Assembly (NCBI GenBank): GCA_963824385.1
Contig: CAWGPD010000001.1
Location: 64,001 to 128,000 of the forward strand
Direction: 5' to 3'
Source of the DNA: an uncultured Nitrososphaerota archaeon
Lineage (GTDB): Archaea; Thermoproteota; Nitrososphaeria; Nitrososphaerales; Nitrosopumilaceae
Length of the DNA stretch: 64,000 nt
Shown here piece after piece: positions 12,137 to 23,946 of the stretch. The stretch's first letter is position 1. Each line of letters begins with the position of its first letter. The notes beneath the pieces were generated by a model. It had not been told where the DNA came from and did no database searches. It saw only the letters and a program-made list of their open reading frames with translations. A program made the translations under genes and the position numbers.

Positions 12137-12466
12137 TTGAAAAAGAAAGTTCCATTATCACAGCTTAAAAAATATGATATCAATCAAAAAATTCTAGAAG
12201 CGTTAGCAGATCTTCAATCAAGGTCAATATTATTTTCAATCATTAAGGAAGGAAAGACAGCACTAGAATTATCAGAAAAATACAGGATTCCCCTTAGTTC
12301 TGTTTACAAAAAGATTTCAGATTTAGAGCAACTTGCTCTAGTAAGTGTTGATAAATGGGTCTTGTCAGAGAATGGAAAAAAATTCAAGGTATACAAGAGC
12401 AGAATTAGTCGGGCCGAAATAAGCATAAAAAAACCAGAGCCGGTTATAATTTTAAGCCCAAATTAA
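12137..12466 (+). CDS. ArsR-like winged-helix transcriptional regulator
   Basis: ILEALAD...SRSILFS, IPLSSVYKKISDLE, GKKFKVY; divergent from the ZIP gene. Confidence 0.8.
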   Translation: MKKKVPLSQLKKYDINQKILEALADLQSRSILFSIIKEGKTALELSEKYRIPLSSVYKKISDLEQLALVSVDKWVLSENGKKFKVYKSRISRAEISIKKPEPVIILSPN

Positions 12467-12514
12467 AGCCGATGTTCAAATAGTTAATATTCAAAGAAAA
12501 CCCACCTCAAAAAA

Positions 12515-13162
12515 GTGAAGAAATACTATTACTTTGCAATACCTGTAATCATAACAATAGCAGCAGCCTATTACATGGCAACACCACATGAAACCAAACA
12601 GAATGAATTGACACCCCAGATGTTAGTGCAAAATGGTTCACCAATGCTTGGAGATCCTAATGCAAAGATAACGATTGTAGAGTTTGGAGATTATCAGTGT
12701 ACATATTGCCATTTGTTTCATGAAAACACCAAAGATGCATTACTTCAAGAATATGTCGATACCGGTAAGGTCAACTTTGTATTTCGTGATTTCCCACTAA
12801 ATGGTCCAGATTCAGTGTTGGCAGCAGAGGGGTCATACTGTGCTGACGACCAGGGCAAATACTGGCAATACCATGATGAGTTGTACAAAAACTGGGCAGG
12901 CGAGAAAACTGGATGGGTAAATCAAAAATCATTGGACAAATTCGCTACAACAGTAGGTTTGGATTTAGATACATTTGATAAATGCATGTCAGATAATAAA
13001 TATGAGCAAAAAGTGTTAGATAATCAAAAATTCGGTGAGAATATAGGAATAGACTCAACACCGTCATTTATCATATTTGATAGTAAGGACGCCACCAAAG
13101 TAGTAGGCGCGCAGCCTTTATCAGTATTCCAGCAAGTTCTGGACAAATTCCAAAATAGTTAG
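12515..13162 (+). CDS. DsbA-family thiol-disulfide oxidoreductase
   Basis: N-terminal anchor; GDPNAKITIVEFGDYQCTYC, RDFPL, STPSF, GAQP. Confidence 0.9.
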   Translation: MKKYYYFAIPVIITIAAAYYMATPHETKQNELTPQMLVQNGSPMLGDPNAKITIVEFGDYQCTYCHLFHENTKDALLQEYVDTGKVNFVFRDFPLNGPDSVLAAEGSYCADDQGKYWQYHDELYKNWAGEKTGWVNQKSLDKFATTVGLDLDTFDKCMSDNKYEQKVLDNQKFGENIGIDSTPSFIIFDSKDATKVVGAQPLSVFQQVLDKFQNS

Positions 13163-13172
13163 GTGATAATTC

Positions 13173-14447
13173 ATGGTCAAACCTAAGATAGAAAAACAAG
13201 ATTCTGTAAAATTATACAAACTTCGAAAGATGTTAGAAGAATTATCCGATAAAGAAGGACGTGGTACGGAATTAATCTCGCTTTATGTTCCTCCAAAAAA
13301 GGCATTGCATGAAGTCATAAACAATCTTCGCGAAGAGCAGGGAACTGCAGATAACATCAAGTCAGACCTTACAAGGACCCATGTAGTAGATGCATTGTCT
13401 AGAGTAATCCAGAGACTAAAACTCTACAAATCATCTCCCGATAAAGGACTGGTCATGTTTTGTGGTGCATTACCACCAGAAGGCGGAGGTCCAATTGGAA
13501 GCGAAGTCATAAAACTATACGAGATCGAACCTCCAAAAGAACTGCAGACATTTCTATACAGATGCGATGATCATTTTCACGTAGATCTTCTCAAGGAAAT
13601 GTTAAGGGATGATAACATGATAGGATTTTTAGCAATTGATGCCAAAGATGCAGGATGGGGATTATTGCGCGGTGACAAATTAGATGTGTTATCAGAGACA
13701 TCATCAGGTGTTGCAGGAAAACATAGACAGGGAGGCCAGTCTGCAAGAAGATTTGAAAGACTAAGAGAGATGGAGCTTAATGATTACTATAACAGAGTAG
13801 CTCATACAACTCGAGAATATTTTATCGACATTTATCCGGTAAAGGGCCTCATAGTTTCAGGACCAGGACCAACAAAAGAGAATTTCTTGAGAGAAAACTA
13901 TCTAGAATATAGACTGCAAAACAATATTCTTGCAACTCTTGACTGTTCTTATGCAGGTTCAGAAGGAGTGCGCGAGGCATTTGCCAAAGCCCAAGATGTT
14001 CTTACAGATTATAGAATGGTTGAAGAAAAAAAGATGGTAGAAAAACTATTCGCCGACATACATTTTTCAAGAGGCCTTGCCACATATGGTCTCAATGAAA
14101 TTATTGATCTTATGAAAAGAAACGTGGTAGAAACAGTACTAGTTACAGATGATACAAATCTGCGAAAAATTGACATCACATGTAGAAGATGTCAAAATGT
14201 CCAGACAGAGATTTTAGAACGTCCAAAGGTCATTCCAAGAGTACAGGTACTACTTAGTCAGCCTTGTCCTAGCTGTAAAAGCATGGACTTGGAATCAACT
14301 GAACGGGACATTGTAGATTATCTAGATCTTCTTGCAGGTCAAACAGGTGCAAAAGTCGAGGTCATCACTGGATCAACTGAATATGGCACAATGCTTTCAA
14401 GCATAGGTAAAGTTGGCGCATTTTTAAGATACAATCCAAATCAGTAA
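13173..14447 (+). CDS. prf1: Archaeal peptide chain release factor aRF1
   Basis: NIKS, YRCD and GKHRQGGQSARRFER motifs. Confidence 0.97.
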   Translation: MVKPKIEKQDSVKLYKLRKMLEELSDKEGRGTELISLYVPPKKALHEVINNLREEQGTADNIKSDLTRTHVVDALSRVIQRLKLYKSSPDKGLVMFCGALPPEGGGPIGSEVIKLYEIEPPKELQTFLYRCDDHFHVDLLKEMLRDDNMIGFLAIDAKDAGWGLLRGDKLDVLSETSSGVAGKHRQGGQSARRFERLREMELNDYYNRVAHTTREYFIDIYPVKGLIVSGPGPTKENFLRENYLEYRLQNNILATLDCSYAGSEGVREAFAKAQDVLTDYRMVEEKKMVEKLFADIHFSRGLATYGLNEIIDLMKRNVVETVLVTDDTNLRKIDITCRRCQNVQTEILERPKVIPRVQVLLSQPCPSCKSMDLESTERDIVDYLDLLAGQTGAKVEVITGSTEYGTMLSSIGKVGAFLRYNPNQ

Positions 14448-14557
14448 TTTTTTAAAATTAGTCATAATGAAACAGACTTTGATAGAAAAGTAAATTCGAT
14501 GAGGCATACCGCCAGCATTCAATAAACAGTAAATATCATTTAGAATTAAGATCAATT

Positions 14558-15265
14558 GTGCATTTTTGGCTTGGATCACATTGTTATGTTGAAAATGGAA
14601 ACACATTATCACATCCAACTCAGGTCACTGCAATTTCAGATGTAATTACACTTGTATCAGATCTAGGAAATCATATTCCCGACAAATCATGGATGCTTTA
14701 TCTTTTGGAATTATTTAATGCACAACAAACCCCTGTTGAACTAAATCTCATATGTTCGTTTAATGACGATGGTAAGTTTCATGCCATATTTGGAGGCGTA
14801 AATCAATTCGAGTTTAAGATCAAACCAATAGTTGAACATTCATACCTACGCCAAATCATCATGGAATCAGCAGAGCAGAGAATTTCATACCATCTCAAAG
14901 ATCTGACAACAGGTGAGACGGATTCATTTGTTTTACAGCAAGGTAAAAATTTGTTTGATTTTACCATAGTAAAGAATTTCACAGGACTTGAATGGCACAA
15001 CAGGGTAGGAAATACCCCATATCCAATCAGATATGAAGTGAAGATATCACATCTTGCGTATGGAATAAATGATAATCGTTCAGATTTACAATCTTTAACA
15101 TATTTTCCATACAATCAATTAATTGCAGATTATGAAGGGCGTTCAAAAGAATATCCGGTATCGTTAGATAATTTTGAGATCAAGGAGGGATTTATCACAT
15201 ACAGGATTGGAAGCGGCAAATATAATTTGGGAATCATAAACAGATTTCTAAAACCATACCTCTAA
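14558..15265 (+). CDS. Hypothetical protein
   Basis: 235-aa ORF with a beta-rich pattern; no family recognised. Confidence 0.6.
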   Translation: MHFWLGSHCYVENGNTLSHPTQVTAISDVITLVSDLGNHIPDKSWMLYLLELFNAQQTPVELNLICSFNDDGKFHAIFGGVNQFEFKIKPIVEHSYLRQIIMESAEQRISYHLKDLTTGETDSFVLQQGKNLFDFTIVKNFTGLEWHNRVGNTPYPIRYEVKISHLAYGINDNRSDLQSLTYFPYNQLIADYEGRSKEYPVSLDNFEIKEGFITYRIGSGKYNLGIINRFLKPYL

Positions 15266-15290
15266 ATATTTTAAAATTTCACGCAAATTC

Positions 15291-15611
15291 ATGGAGCATG
15301 TGACACCAGAAGAATTTGATTCAAAAGTATTAAAATCTGACAAAAAGACACTTGTTCTATTTTATGCAACATGGTGTCCATATTGTTCCAATTTCAAACC
15401 AACTTTTGAATCTGCAAAAATTGAAAATACAGACAAGATGGGTTCAATTATTGACGAGGATGAAAATCCACTCTGGGACAGATTCAATATCCAGGCAGTT
15501 CCCACAATGCTGTTATTTCAAAATGGAAAAATAATTTCAAGAAGAGATGCCAAAAAACATGTAGGTCTTACAAAATCAGACATGGATTCAGTCGTTACTG
15601 AATTATCTTGA
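15291..15611 (+). CDS. Thioredoxin-family protein
   Basis: FYATWCPYC active site and AVPT cis-Pro motif. Confidence 0.9.
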   Translation: MEHVTPEEFDSKVLKSDKKTLVLFYATWCPYCSNFKPTFESAKIENTDKMGSIIDEDENPLWDRFNIQAVPTMLLFQNGKIISRRDAKKHVGLTKSDMDSVVTELS

Positions 15612-16016
15612 TAACATATTGTCTCTAATTTTTTTTGCCAGTTCGTCAAGATCATCATTTGTGCTAATCATTCTTCTTGCCCAAGAATTTCCTATCTTGT
15701 GATATCTTGGAATAATATGAACATGTACATGTGGAATTATCTGGTTGGCTGATTTTCCGTTATTTTGTCCAATGTTAAATCCGTCTGCCCCTGTTGCTGC
15801 AAGAATACTGCGTGCTATAACAGGTACTCTAGAAAACAGTTCACCAACTTCATCATCAGACATGTCAATAATTTTTTCGTGATGTAACTTGGGCATTACT
15901 AGCGAGTGTCCCTTCTGTATTGGATACTTGTCCATAATTGCAATGTGAGTCTCATCTTCAAATATTATATGAGCATCTTGTTTTTTATTCACGATATTGC
16001 AGAAAATACAATCCAT
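15603..16016 (-). CDS. HIT-family nucleotide hydrolase
   Basis: DCIFC, GHSLVMPK, HVHVHIIPR histidine triad. Confidence 0.93.
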   Translation of the reverse strand: MDCIFCNIVNKKQDAHIIFEDETHIAIMDKYPIQKGHSLVMPKLHHEKIIDMSDDEVGELFSRVPVIARSILAATGADGFNIGQNNGKSANQIIPHVHVHIIPRYHKIGNSWARRMISTNDDLDELAKKIRDNMLSR

Positions 16017-16128
16017 GTCTTTTTTGCACAAAGTATTTTATTTATACTCACCTTCATGAGATCTTAAAACTACACTTGCTCATGTCAGATACTGTTATTT
16101 AGGGTAAAATTTTGACTTGTATCGTAAA

Positions 16129-16731
16129 ATGGGAAAAAAAGATAGAGAAGAGCGAGTCCAGGAAAGAGAGAGTTTTTACCAAAAGCGACAAAAGACCCAA
16201 TTTAGAAACAAGGCAATAGCAATAGGCATTTTATCAGGAATTATTGCAGTACTTGCAATATCCAGTTATAATTTCTACATATTATCTTCACAAGTAACAC
16301 CACAAGGCATGCCCGTCGGATCAGGCCCTCTTGGAGGAATTCACATTCATGGAGGACTGTTAACCATGATTTACGGTCAACAATTTGATTATTCGTCTAC
16401 AGCTTACCAGATAAAAAGTCCATACATTAGTTTCCAAAAAGGAAATGGTGAAACAGTATTCATGAATGCTGCCAATGTGACAATGGGATTTCTCTTTGAC
16501 TCATTAAAAATTGGATTAGATGATAAATGCTTTACATTCCCAGACAAACGTGCATTTTGTACAAATGACAAGTACACATTAAAGTTCTATGTGAATCATC
16601 ACGAAGTACCTGATCTGAGAAACTATGTCTTCAAAGACCAAGATAGAATGCTAATATCATATGGCAACGAGAATGACACTCAAATAAATGCCCAGTTGGC
16701 CAAATTAGACGGATTCCAACTAATAACTTAG
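16129..16731 (+). CDS. Conserved thaumarchaeal membrane-anchored protein
   Basis: Basic N-terminus, one TM helix, HIH motif, Cys pair and YVFKDQDRMLISYG. Confidence 0.7.
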   Translation: MGKKDREERVQERESFYQKRQKTQFRNKAIAIGILSGIIAVLAISSYNFYILSSQVTPQGMPVGSGPLGGIHIHGGLLTMIYGQQFDYSSTAYQIKSPYISFQKGNGETVFMNAANVTMGFLFDSLKIGLDDKCFTFPDKRAFCTNDKYTLKFYVNHHEVPDLRNYVFKDQDRMLISYGNENDTQINAQLAKLDGFQLIT

Positions 16732-17954
16732 GATTCAGAGAGTTCGTCTTTTAGTATCTTAAATTCATCCAAAGTAATTTCCCCTTTTGCCAATCTATTT
16801 TTGAGAATAGTCATTGCATAATCCCAATCATGTTGTTCAGGGGTAGGCTCTATTGGCAGTGGTGCATCCTTTATTGTTTCAACTTTGGCGCTTGGAGTTT
16901 TTTGCTTCTTTCTAAGATAAAGTATTGTTACAACTATTCCAACTCCTACAAGGGAAATCATTGGATATAGTATGGCATTAGCAAAGTTTGTAGAACTGCC
17001 TGACGTCAAATTATTTTTCTGCACTCCCACAGATTTTTGTGCAGCCAGATTAGCCGCCATGTCATTCACTCCAATGTTTTCATTGAGTTGAATAGTTTGC
17101 TGGGTGTTTTGTGACGGATTGGAAGATGGACTAGAATTTTGTGCACTAAGAAGTTGTTGCAATTGCCTTGCAGCAGCATATCTTTGTTGGAGAATTTCAT
17201 CTAATGATTGGGTTGAGTTTTGAACAGTGGAGTTTGAATTTTGAACAGTGGAAGAATTAGTATTTTGTACATCAGGCGCAGTTGGAGAGGGCTGAGTAAA
17301 CACAATAGATGCAGATGAAGGAAGACTAGTGCCAGCAGCGTTTACAGTTGACACTCTATAGGAGTGTTCTGAGTTTGGTATCAGGTTCATATCTTGATAA
17401 GTTGTTGTTTGTGAGTTTGCAATAACATTAAAGCCACTACCATCATTTCTTTCAATTTCATATCCTGTTATAGGAAGACTAGTATTGTTTTGAGGAGCTA
17501 GCCAGTTAGAATCAATTTCAGTGGGGGAGACAGATGTTGTTGTCAAATTAGTAGGAGGTGGCGATGTAAGAGATGACCCGTCAGGCGAAAAAGCAAAACT
17601 GACTGTTTTACCATCTGTTTTATTTGCAACAAAGGCAGTTGCATTGTACATTCCTTTAAGAGTCAATAGTTGCTGGTTACTTGGAATACTGGTATCTACA
17701 CTTATCTGAAATGTGTGGTTACTATCAGTGGTTCCAGATGTAAGTAATACAAATTTGTTAGTTGGATCAAAAATTAGAAGTGTGACATTAGGAGGATCAG
17801 TACTCAACGTAGTGCCAGAAAACTGGATCACATCCCCTCCTTTATAAAATAGTGAGCTGGTTTGAAGGGATGTCACATCAGCATAAGCTGGAATTATGAC
17901 AGAAATTGAAATAACAGATAAGAGTGTAACGAGGCATAGTCCATTTTTATTCAT
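16728..17954 (-). CDS. Surface protein with fibronectin type III domain, TM helix and SHOCT domain
   Basis: Signal peptide; PPTNL...W.AP...ITGYEIER...YRVSTVNAAG; C-terminal ILKNRLAKGEITLDEF. Confidence 0.85.
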   Translation of the reverse strand: MNKNGLCLVTLLSVISISVIIPAYADVTSLQTSSLFYKGGDVIQFSGTTLSTDPPNVTLLIFDPTNKFVLLTSGTTDSNHTFQISVDTSIPSNQQLLTLKGMYNATAFVANKTDGKTVSFAFSPDGSSLTSPPPTNLTTTSVSPTEIDSNWLAPQNNTSLPITGYEIERNDGSGFNVIANSQTTTYQDMNLIPNSEHSYRVSTVNAAGTSLPSSASIVFTQPSPTAPDVQNTNSSTVQNSNSTVQNSTQSLDEILQQRYAAARQLQQLLSAQNSSPSSNPSQNTQQTIQLNENIGVNDMAANLAAQKSVGVQKNNLTSGSSTNFANAILYPMISLVGVGIVVTILYLRKKQKTPSAKVETIKDAPLPIEPTPEQHDWDYAMTILKNRLAKGEITLDEFKILKDELSES

Positions 17955-18163
17955 ATCAAGAGTTCAATGAATCCAACTGTTAAAAACTCGGTAGAATTGA
18001 TTCTTTTGGACGTTTAACTTAATGTTAATGCATAGATTCAAAGAAATGACATGATCAAATTCAGATTGGAGATATACCAAAATCCCAAGTCGATCAGTAT
18101 GAAGAATATGATCTCATGCGTGAAAATTTCTAGTATGTATAAAATAGGGGGATGTAAAAGATA

Positions 18164-19849
18164 GTGACAATAATGGAGATATCAAGTAGGAATGTAGTTG
18201 AAGGTACGGCAAGGGCTCCACATAGAGCCATGTACAAAGCAATGGGTCTAGATGATAACGATTTAGGAAAACCATTCGTCGGGGTATCACATAGTGGAAA
18301 CGAAGCCACTCCGTGTAACATTCATCTTGGAAGATTGGCAACTCATGCAAAGGCAGGAGTAGAAAGTGCAGGCGGTACACCAAGAGAATTTTCAACTATT
18401 GCCGTAAGTGATGGAATTGCAATGGGACATGAAGGTATGAAGTCATCTCTTGTAAGCAGAGAAATCATTGCAGATTCAATTGAATTAATGGTAAGAGCTC
18501 ATCAGTATGACGGATTGGTTGGGATTGCAGGTTGTGACAAGAGTCTTCCAGGCACAATGATGGCCATGGCTCGTCTTAACTTACCATCAGTCTTTGTGTA
18601 CGGTGGTACAATAATGCCAGGGGTTTACGAGGGAAAACAAGTTACAGTTCAAGATGTTTATGAGGCAGTAGGTGCGTATGATGCAGGCAATTTAACATTA
18701 GAGGCACTAAAAAATCTAGAAAATGTCGCATGTCCAAATTCGGGTTCCTGTGGAGGAATGTATACTGCAAATACTATGGCATCAATTAGTGAGGCAATAG
18801 GAATAGCACTTCCAGGAAATGCATCACCGCCAGCAGAAGATCCAAGAAGAGAAAAAATGGTCTATGAAAGCGGAAAAGCTGTAATGAATTTACTTGAAAA
18901 TGGAATAAGGCCAAAAGACATTTTGACGTATGAGGCGTTTGAGAATGCAATTACAGTTGCCAATGCAATAGGCGGTTCAACAAATGCAGTATTACACTTG
19001 CTTGCCCTATCACGTGAGATGGGAGTAAAACTAGAACTAGATGATTTTGAGAGAATTAGAAGAAAGACGCCACATCTTGCAGACATGAGACCTGGAGGGA
19101 CATATGTCATGTTGGATTTTGACAAGATAGGCGGAATTCCATTATTGATGAAAAGTTTACAAAAGAAAAATCTCATAAATGAAAATATAGTTACTGTAAC
19201 AGGTAAGACGGTAAAACAGAATCTAGATTCATTACAGATTTCATTTGACGCAAATCAGCAGGTCTTAAAATCAATCGAGTCCCCAATTCATGAAGTTGGA
19301 ACTCTAACAATTCTTAGAGGAACACTTGCGCCAGAAGGAGCAGTGGTAAAGGTTGCAGGAGTTCACACTAAAGAATTCAGAGGAAGAGCCAAAGTATACG
19401 ACAGAGAAGAAGACGCATTTGATGCAATATCAAAACGACAGATAAAGGAACATGATGTAGTAATAATACGATATGAAGGTCCAAAGGGAGGACCAGGTAT
19501 GCGAGAGATGTTAGGAGTAACAGCCGCTCTTGTTGGACAAAATCTGGGTGAGAAAGTTGCATTGATAACAGATGGAAGATTTTCAGGTGCAACAAGAGGT
19601 TTCATGATAGGCCATGTTGCCCCAGAAGCATCAGTTGGAGGAAATATCGCACTTGTTAAAGAAGGAGATGAAATAGTAATCAATCTTGAAAAAAATAGTA
19701 TCGATATAATGGTATCAGAAAACGAACTTGCACAAAGAAGGAAAGATTGGAAGCCAAGAAAACCAAATTATGAAAGTGGCGCTCTTGCAAAATATGCGTC
19801 ACTAGTAACTTCCGCTGCCGAAGGTGCAATTACAAAACCAATCTGGTAA
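18164..19849 (+). CDS. ilvD: Dihydroxy-acid dehydratase
   Basis: [39 protein letters not shown]. Confidence 0.97.
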   Translation: MTIMEISSRNVVEGTARAPHRAMYKAMGLDDNDLGKPFVGVSHSGNEATPCNIHLGRLATHAKAGVESAGGTPREFSTIAVSDGIAMGHEGMKSSLVSREIIADSIELMVRAHQYDGLVGIAGCDKSLPGTMMAMARLNLPSVFVYGGTIMPGVYEGKQVTVQDVYEAVGAYDAGNLTLEALKNLENVACPNSGSCGGMYTANTMASISEAIGIALPGNASPPAEDPRREKMVYESGKAVMNLLENGIRPKDILTYEAFENAITVANAIGGSTNAVLHLLALSREMGVKLELDDFERIRRKTPHLADMRPGGTYVMLDFDKIGGIPLLMKSLQKKNLINENIVTVTGKTVKQNLDSLQISFDANQQVLKSIESPIHEVGTLTILRGTLAPEGAVVKVAGVHTKEFRGRAKVYDREEDAFDAISKRQIKEHDVVIIRYEGPKGGPGMREMLGVTAALVGQNLGEKVALITDGRFSGATRGFMIGHVAPEASVGGNIALVKEGDEIVINLEKNSIDIMVSENELAQRRKDWKPRKPNYESGALAKYASLVTSAAEGAITKPIW

Positions 19850-19869
19850 ACATCAGAATTTTCTAGCAT

Positions 19870-20085
19870 CTATTCTTGTGGAATGTGATACTGGCAGAAA
19901 AGCCTCAATTTCATACCAATTCTTTTTGCAGTAATAGATACGCCATCTTCAAGGCCCTTTTGGCATATAGTACAGATTGCCTCTCGTGTGGTTGTTTTCA
20001 CAGGAGTTTTTTTTACTGCAAAATACAGGTCTTGGAACAGCAACGATTTTGCCTTACCAAAATCTGGAATCAGTATTTGAGACAT
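19870..20085 (-). CDS. Small zinc-finger-like protein
   Basis: CTIC...FCQYH ligand pattern; divergent from trpE. Confidence 0.6.
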   Translation of the reverse strand: MSQILIPDFGKAKSLLFQDLYFAVKKTPVKTTTREAICTICQKGLEDGVSITAKRIGMKLRLFCQYHIPQE

Positions 20086-20193
20086 ACCTAATATACAGCA
20101 CAATCAGATATAAAGGTACCGTACCATACCGTAATTATAGTAATCAGATGTGGCTTAATTTTAAATAGAGAGATACAATGAGTTTGTTCATGG

Positions 20194-21549
20194 GTGGCCA
20201 CATTTGGGCATTCAAGCCTTAAGATAATACCTCTAGACTATACTGGCTCCCAATTTGATTTGTACAACAAAATATCGCATGACTTTGATCATGCATTCTT
20301 CTTTGAATCCCTTACAGGACCTGAAGAACTATCAGAGACATCACTGATTGGTTTTGATCCTGCAATTATTATCAAAGGGTATTCTGACAAAGTTGTGCTC
20401 CATTACAAAAGTGGAGGTGCCATGACAATTCAAACAAATGATCCCTTATCTGAAATCAAGAAACTGGTTTACAAAATACCTGATCAAAAATACCGATATG
20501 TTGGAGGAGCAGTTGGAATTATCAATTATGATGCAATTAGATTATGGGAAGAGATTCCAAATTCACATAAAGATTCAGAAGAGCCTTTGATGGAGTTTGG
20601 AATCTACACGGATGGAATACTTTATGACAACAAAGAAAAAAAATCATTTTATTTTTATTATGATAAAAATAGAATTGATGGAATATCATTCTCAAATATA
20701 GAGTGCGGCAAGTTTTCAGCCTCAGAAATTTCAGAGAATTTGGATCAAGACAAATTTGTAGAAATGGTAAAAAAGGCAAAAAAATACATTCATGATGGAG
20801 ATATTTTCCAAGTTGTACTTTCAAGAAAATTCAATTTTGAAGCAGAAGGAGATTATCTTAAAGTATACAAAATTCTAAGACAGATCAATCCTTCGCCATA
20901 TCTCTATCACATGAAACTAGGAGAGAGGACCATAATAGGTTCAAGTCCTGAAATGCTATTACGAATTACAGGAAATCAAGTAGAGACATTTCCAATTGCA
21001 GGAACAAGACCAATTACAAAAGATGAGAAGAGAAACGAGGAACTAAAAGAAGAGTTGCTACATGATGAAAAAGAACTAGCAGAGCATACAATGTTGGTAG
21101 ATCTGGGCAGAAATGATATTGGGCGAGTATGCAAATACGGATCTGTGTACGTCAAAGAACTAATGGCAGTCAAAAAATTCAGCCATGTTCAGCACATAGT
21201 AACTCACGTAGTAGGAACTTTGGATAAAAAATATGACATGTATGATGCCATGAAAGCAGTCTTTCCAGCAGGTACTGTTTCAGGCGCTCCAAAGATTAGA
21301 GCAATGGAGATAATTGATGAATTAGAGCCAGATACTAGAGGACCGTATGCTGGCGCTGTAGGATACTTTTCATTTAATGGCTGTTGTGACTTTGCAATAG
21401 CAATAAGAAGTATTTTCATGAATGGTTCAAAGGGATTCATTCAGACAGGGGCTGGAATAGTCACAGACTCGATTGCCCAAAATGAGTGGATGGAAACAGA
21501 ACACAAGGCAAATGCAATGATATCAGCTTTGAAGGAGGCATCAAAATGA
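20194..21549 (+). CDS. trpE: Anthranilate synthase component I
   Basis: [38 protein letters not shown]. Confidence 0.95.
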   Translation: MATFGHSSLKIIPLDYTGSQFDLYNKISHDFDHAFFFESLTGPEELSETSLIGFDPAIIIKGYSDKVVLHYKSGGAMTIQTNDPLSEIKKLVYKIPDQKYRYVGGAVGIINYDAIRLWEEIPNSHKDSEEPLMEFGIYTDGILYDNKEKKSFYFYYDKNRIDGISFSNIECGKFSASEISENLDQDKFVEMVKKAKKYIHDGDIFQVVLSRKFNFEAEGDYLKVYKILRQINPSPYLYHMKLGERTIIGSSPEMLLRITGNQVETFPIAGTRPITKDEKRNEELKEELLHDEKELAEHTMLVDLGRNDIGRVCKYGSVYVKELMAVKKFSHVQHIVTHVVGTLDKKYDMYDAMKAVFPAGTVSGAPKIRAMEIIDELEPDTRGPYAGAVGYFSFNGCCDFAIAIRSIFMNGSKGFIQTGAGIVTDSIAQNEWMETEHKANAMISALKEASK

Positions 21550-22133
21550 AATTTTTAATCATAGACAATTATGATTCGTTTGTATACAATATTGCCCAGA
21601 TACTTGGAGAACTAAATGTAGAATCAGATGTGATTAGAAATGACAAAATAACAATAGAAGATATCAAAAAGGGAAATTATGATGCAATAATAATTTCTCC
21701 AGGGCCTGGGACTCCAGAGGATGAAAAATATTTTGGCATATGTACCAAAGTTATCAAGGAATTAGGACCGACAAAACCAATACTAGGAGTATGTCTGGGC
21801 CACCAAGGAATCATACATGCATTTGGAGGGAAAGTTGTCAATGCGGGAGATGTAAGACATGGCAAAACAAGTCCTGTAGAATACACACCATCACCACTCT
21901 TTGAAGGAGTGCAAAATCCATTCAGAGCAACACGATATCATTCCCTAGTTGGCGACAAGACAATAATTCCAGAGGATCTTAAAGTAACTGCAATAGCTCA
22001 GGATGACAAAGAGATAATGGCAGTAAGTCACAAAAAATACCTAATCGAAGGCGTCCAGTTTCATCCAGAGTCAATCATGACTACAGAGGGCAAAAAAATT
22101 CTAAGTAATTTTATCAAGTTGGTGCAAAAATGA
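21546..22133 (+). CDS. trpG: Anthranilate synthase component II
   Basis: IDNYDSF, SPGPG, GVCLGHQ, RYHSL, QFHPES. Confidence 0.95.
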   Translation: MKFLIIDNYDSFVYNIAQILGELNVESDVIRNDKITIEDIKKGNYDAIIISPGPGTPEDEKYFGICTKVIKELGPTKPILGVCLGHQGIIHAFGGKVVNAGDVRHGKTSPVEYTPSPLFEGVQNPFRATRYHSLVGDKTIIPEDLKVTAIAQDDKEIMAVSHKKYLIEGVQFHPESIMTTEGKKILSNFIKLVQK

Positions 22134-23176
22134 TCTCAGAATACATTACCAAGATTTCATCCAACAAGAATCTCAACTATGATGAGATGTCTCAGGTTAT
22201 GAATGAAATTTTGGCTGGGAAAATTTCTGTAGATGAGACAACAAGTTTTCTTAGAACTTTGACAGAAAAGGGAGAGACTGACCAAGAGCTTCTTGCAATG
22301 CTTGATAGAATGCAAGAAAATTCAATTCACATACATCCCAAAATTGATCAGAACATAATTGATGTTTGTGGAACGGGCGGAGATAGACTAAGCACATTTA
22401 ACATTTCAACTACAGTATCATTTGTTATTGCTGCATCAGGTGTGGTAGTTGCAAAACATGGAAACAAATCATCTTCTGGAATAAGTGGAAGTGCAGATAT
22501 TTTTGAATATTTTGGATATGATTTGAACATGGAACCAAATAAAGTAGAAGAAATAATTGAAAAATTTGGAATCGGATTCATGTTTGCACCAAAGTTTCAT
22601 CCAGCCATGAAAAATGTTGCAGAGTCAAGAAAAATCATAGGTAAAAGGACTGCATTTAACCTCTTGGGGTCTCTAACTAATCCTGCATCAGTAAAACATC
22701 AGCTTGTCGGAGTATACTCAAAGGAGTATCTCAGTCGCGTGATATCCCTTTTAGAATCAAGAGGATCAGAAAGCATAATGACTGTAATTTCCGAGGACGG
22801 TCTTGACGAATTATCCACAACATCAAAAAATTACATTTATCAGTTAAACAAAGGCGAAGTAACAAGCTCAGTATTAGATCCCACAGAACTTGGTTTGAGC
22901 AAAGCTAAACTGCAAGATCTCCAAGTCTCAACAAGGGATGAGGCAATCAGTGCATTCGTATCAGTTCTCAATGGAACTGCAAAAAAGCCCATGTTAGAGA
23001 TAACAGCTCTTAATGCAGCAGCAGGGCTGATAGTTGGAGGATTTTCAGAAAAATTTGATGAAGCATTAAGCATATCACTTCAGACAATTAAAAAAGGTAA
23101 GGCATATGATCTCTTCAGGGATTTTATCAAATATTGTGGAGATGTAACAAAGTTGGAGACTTTTGAGAAAAAATGA
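22130..23176 (+). CDS. trpD: Anthranilate phosphoribosyltransferase
   Basis: DVCGTGGD, FNIST, KHGN, GSAD, DGLDE. Confidence 0.96.
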   Translation: MISEYITKISSNKNLNYDEMSQVMNEILAGKISVDETTSFLRTLTEKGETDQELLAMLDRMQENSIHIHPKIDQNIIDVCGTGGDRLSTFNISTTVSFVIAASGVVVAKHGNKSSSGISGSADIFEYFGYDLNMEPNKVEEIIEKFGIGFMFAPKFHPAMKNVAESRKIIGKRTAFNLLGSLTNPASVKHQLVGVYSKEYLSRVISLLESRGSESIMTVISEDGLDELSTTSKNYIYQLNKGEVTSSVLDPTELGLSKAKLQDLQVSTRDEAISAFVSVLNGTAKKPMLEITALNAAAGLIVGGFSEKFDEALSISLQTIKKGKAYDLFRDFIKYCGDVTKLETFEKK

Positions 23177-23946
23177 AAGATATGCTAGAAAAACTTGCCA
23201 AGAATTCACAAAAGGCAATAAATGATAAAGTCTATGAAATTAGTTACAAAAATTCAAAGTCAGAAATAAACATAATTGAACAAATTAGAAACAACAAACA
23301 TGCATCTCTAATAACCGAAGTAAAATTCTCATCCCCCTCTCTTGGAGAGATAAGAGAGATCTCAGACCCTGTTTTAATTGCAAAACAAATGGTAGATGGA
23401 GGTACAACCGGACTATCAGTTTTGACACAGCCATATTTGTTCAACGGGTCACCAGAATATTTTACAAAAATTCGCAAGCAAGTTCAAGTTCCACTTTTAA
23501 TGAAGGATATAGTAATCGATAAAGTTCAAATTGATGCCGCTGAAAAATTAGGAGCCGACATAGTCCTACTAATACAGGCAATATTTGATAGAAATTTTGC
23601 AAGTGATATTGATGAGTTTATAAAATATGCACATAAAAAAAATCTGCTAGTATTACTAGAATCCCATACGAAAAAAGAATTTGCAGATTCAGCAAAAACT
23701 CGGGCCGACATATTAGGCATCAACAATCGCAATCTAGACACTTTGGAAATTGATCTAGATACAACAAAGACCATCTTAAAAGATAGAGATGAAAAAAGAA
23801 TCATAATTTCAGAAAGCGGAATAGGATCGTCAAAAGACATTCAATTCCTTCACAAATGTGGCGCAGATGCATTTCTTGTTGGCAGTAGCATAATGAAGAG
23901 TAAAGATATCAAGGGATTAGTATCAGAGTTGGTATTAGCAATATGA
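23173..23946 (+). CDS. trpC: Indole-3-glycerol-phosphate synthase
   Basis: [26 protein letters not shown]. Confidence 0.95.
   Translation: MKDMLEKLAKNSQKAINDKVYEISYKNSKSEINIIEQIRNNKHASLITEVKFSSPSLGEIREISDPVLIAKQMVDGGTTGLSVLTQPYLFNGSPEYFTKIRKQVQVPLLMKDIVIDKVQIDAAEKLGADIVLLIQAIFDRNFASDIDEFIKYAHKKNLLVLLESHTKKEFADSAKTRADILGINNRNLDTLEIDLDTTKTILKDRDEKRIIISESGIGSSKDIQFLHKCGADAFLVGSSIMKSKDIKGLVSELVLAI

Noticed and set aside
17210..17270. 21-nt tandem repeat (TTTTGAACAGTGGA core)
   Set aside because: Coding repeat of an NSxTVQ low-complexity linker, not CRISPR.
20148..20222. Trp-containing uORFs before trpE ([16 protein letters not shown])
   Set aside because: Only one Trp each; the first starts upstream of the TATA-like box; no convincing hairpins; the second may arise from one extra G in ATGGGTG.
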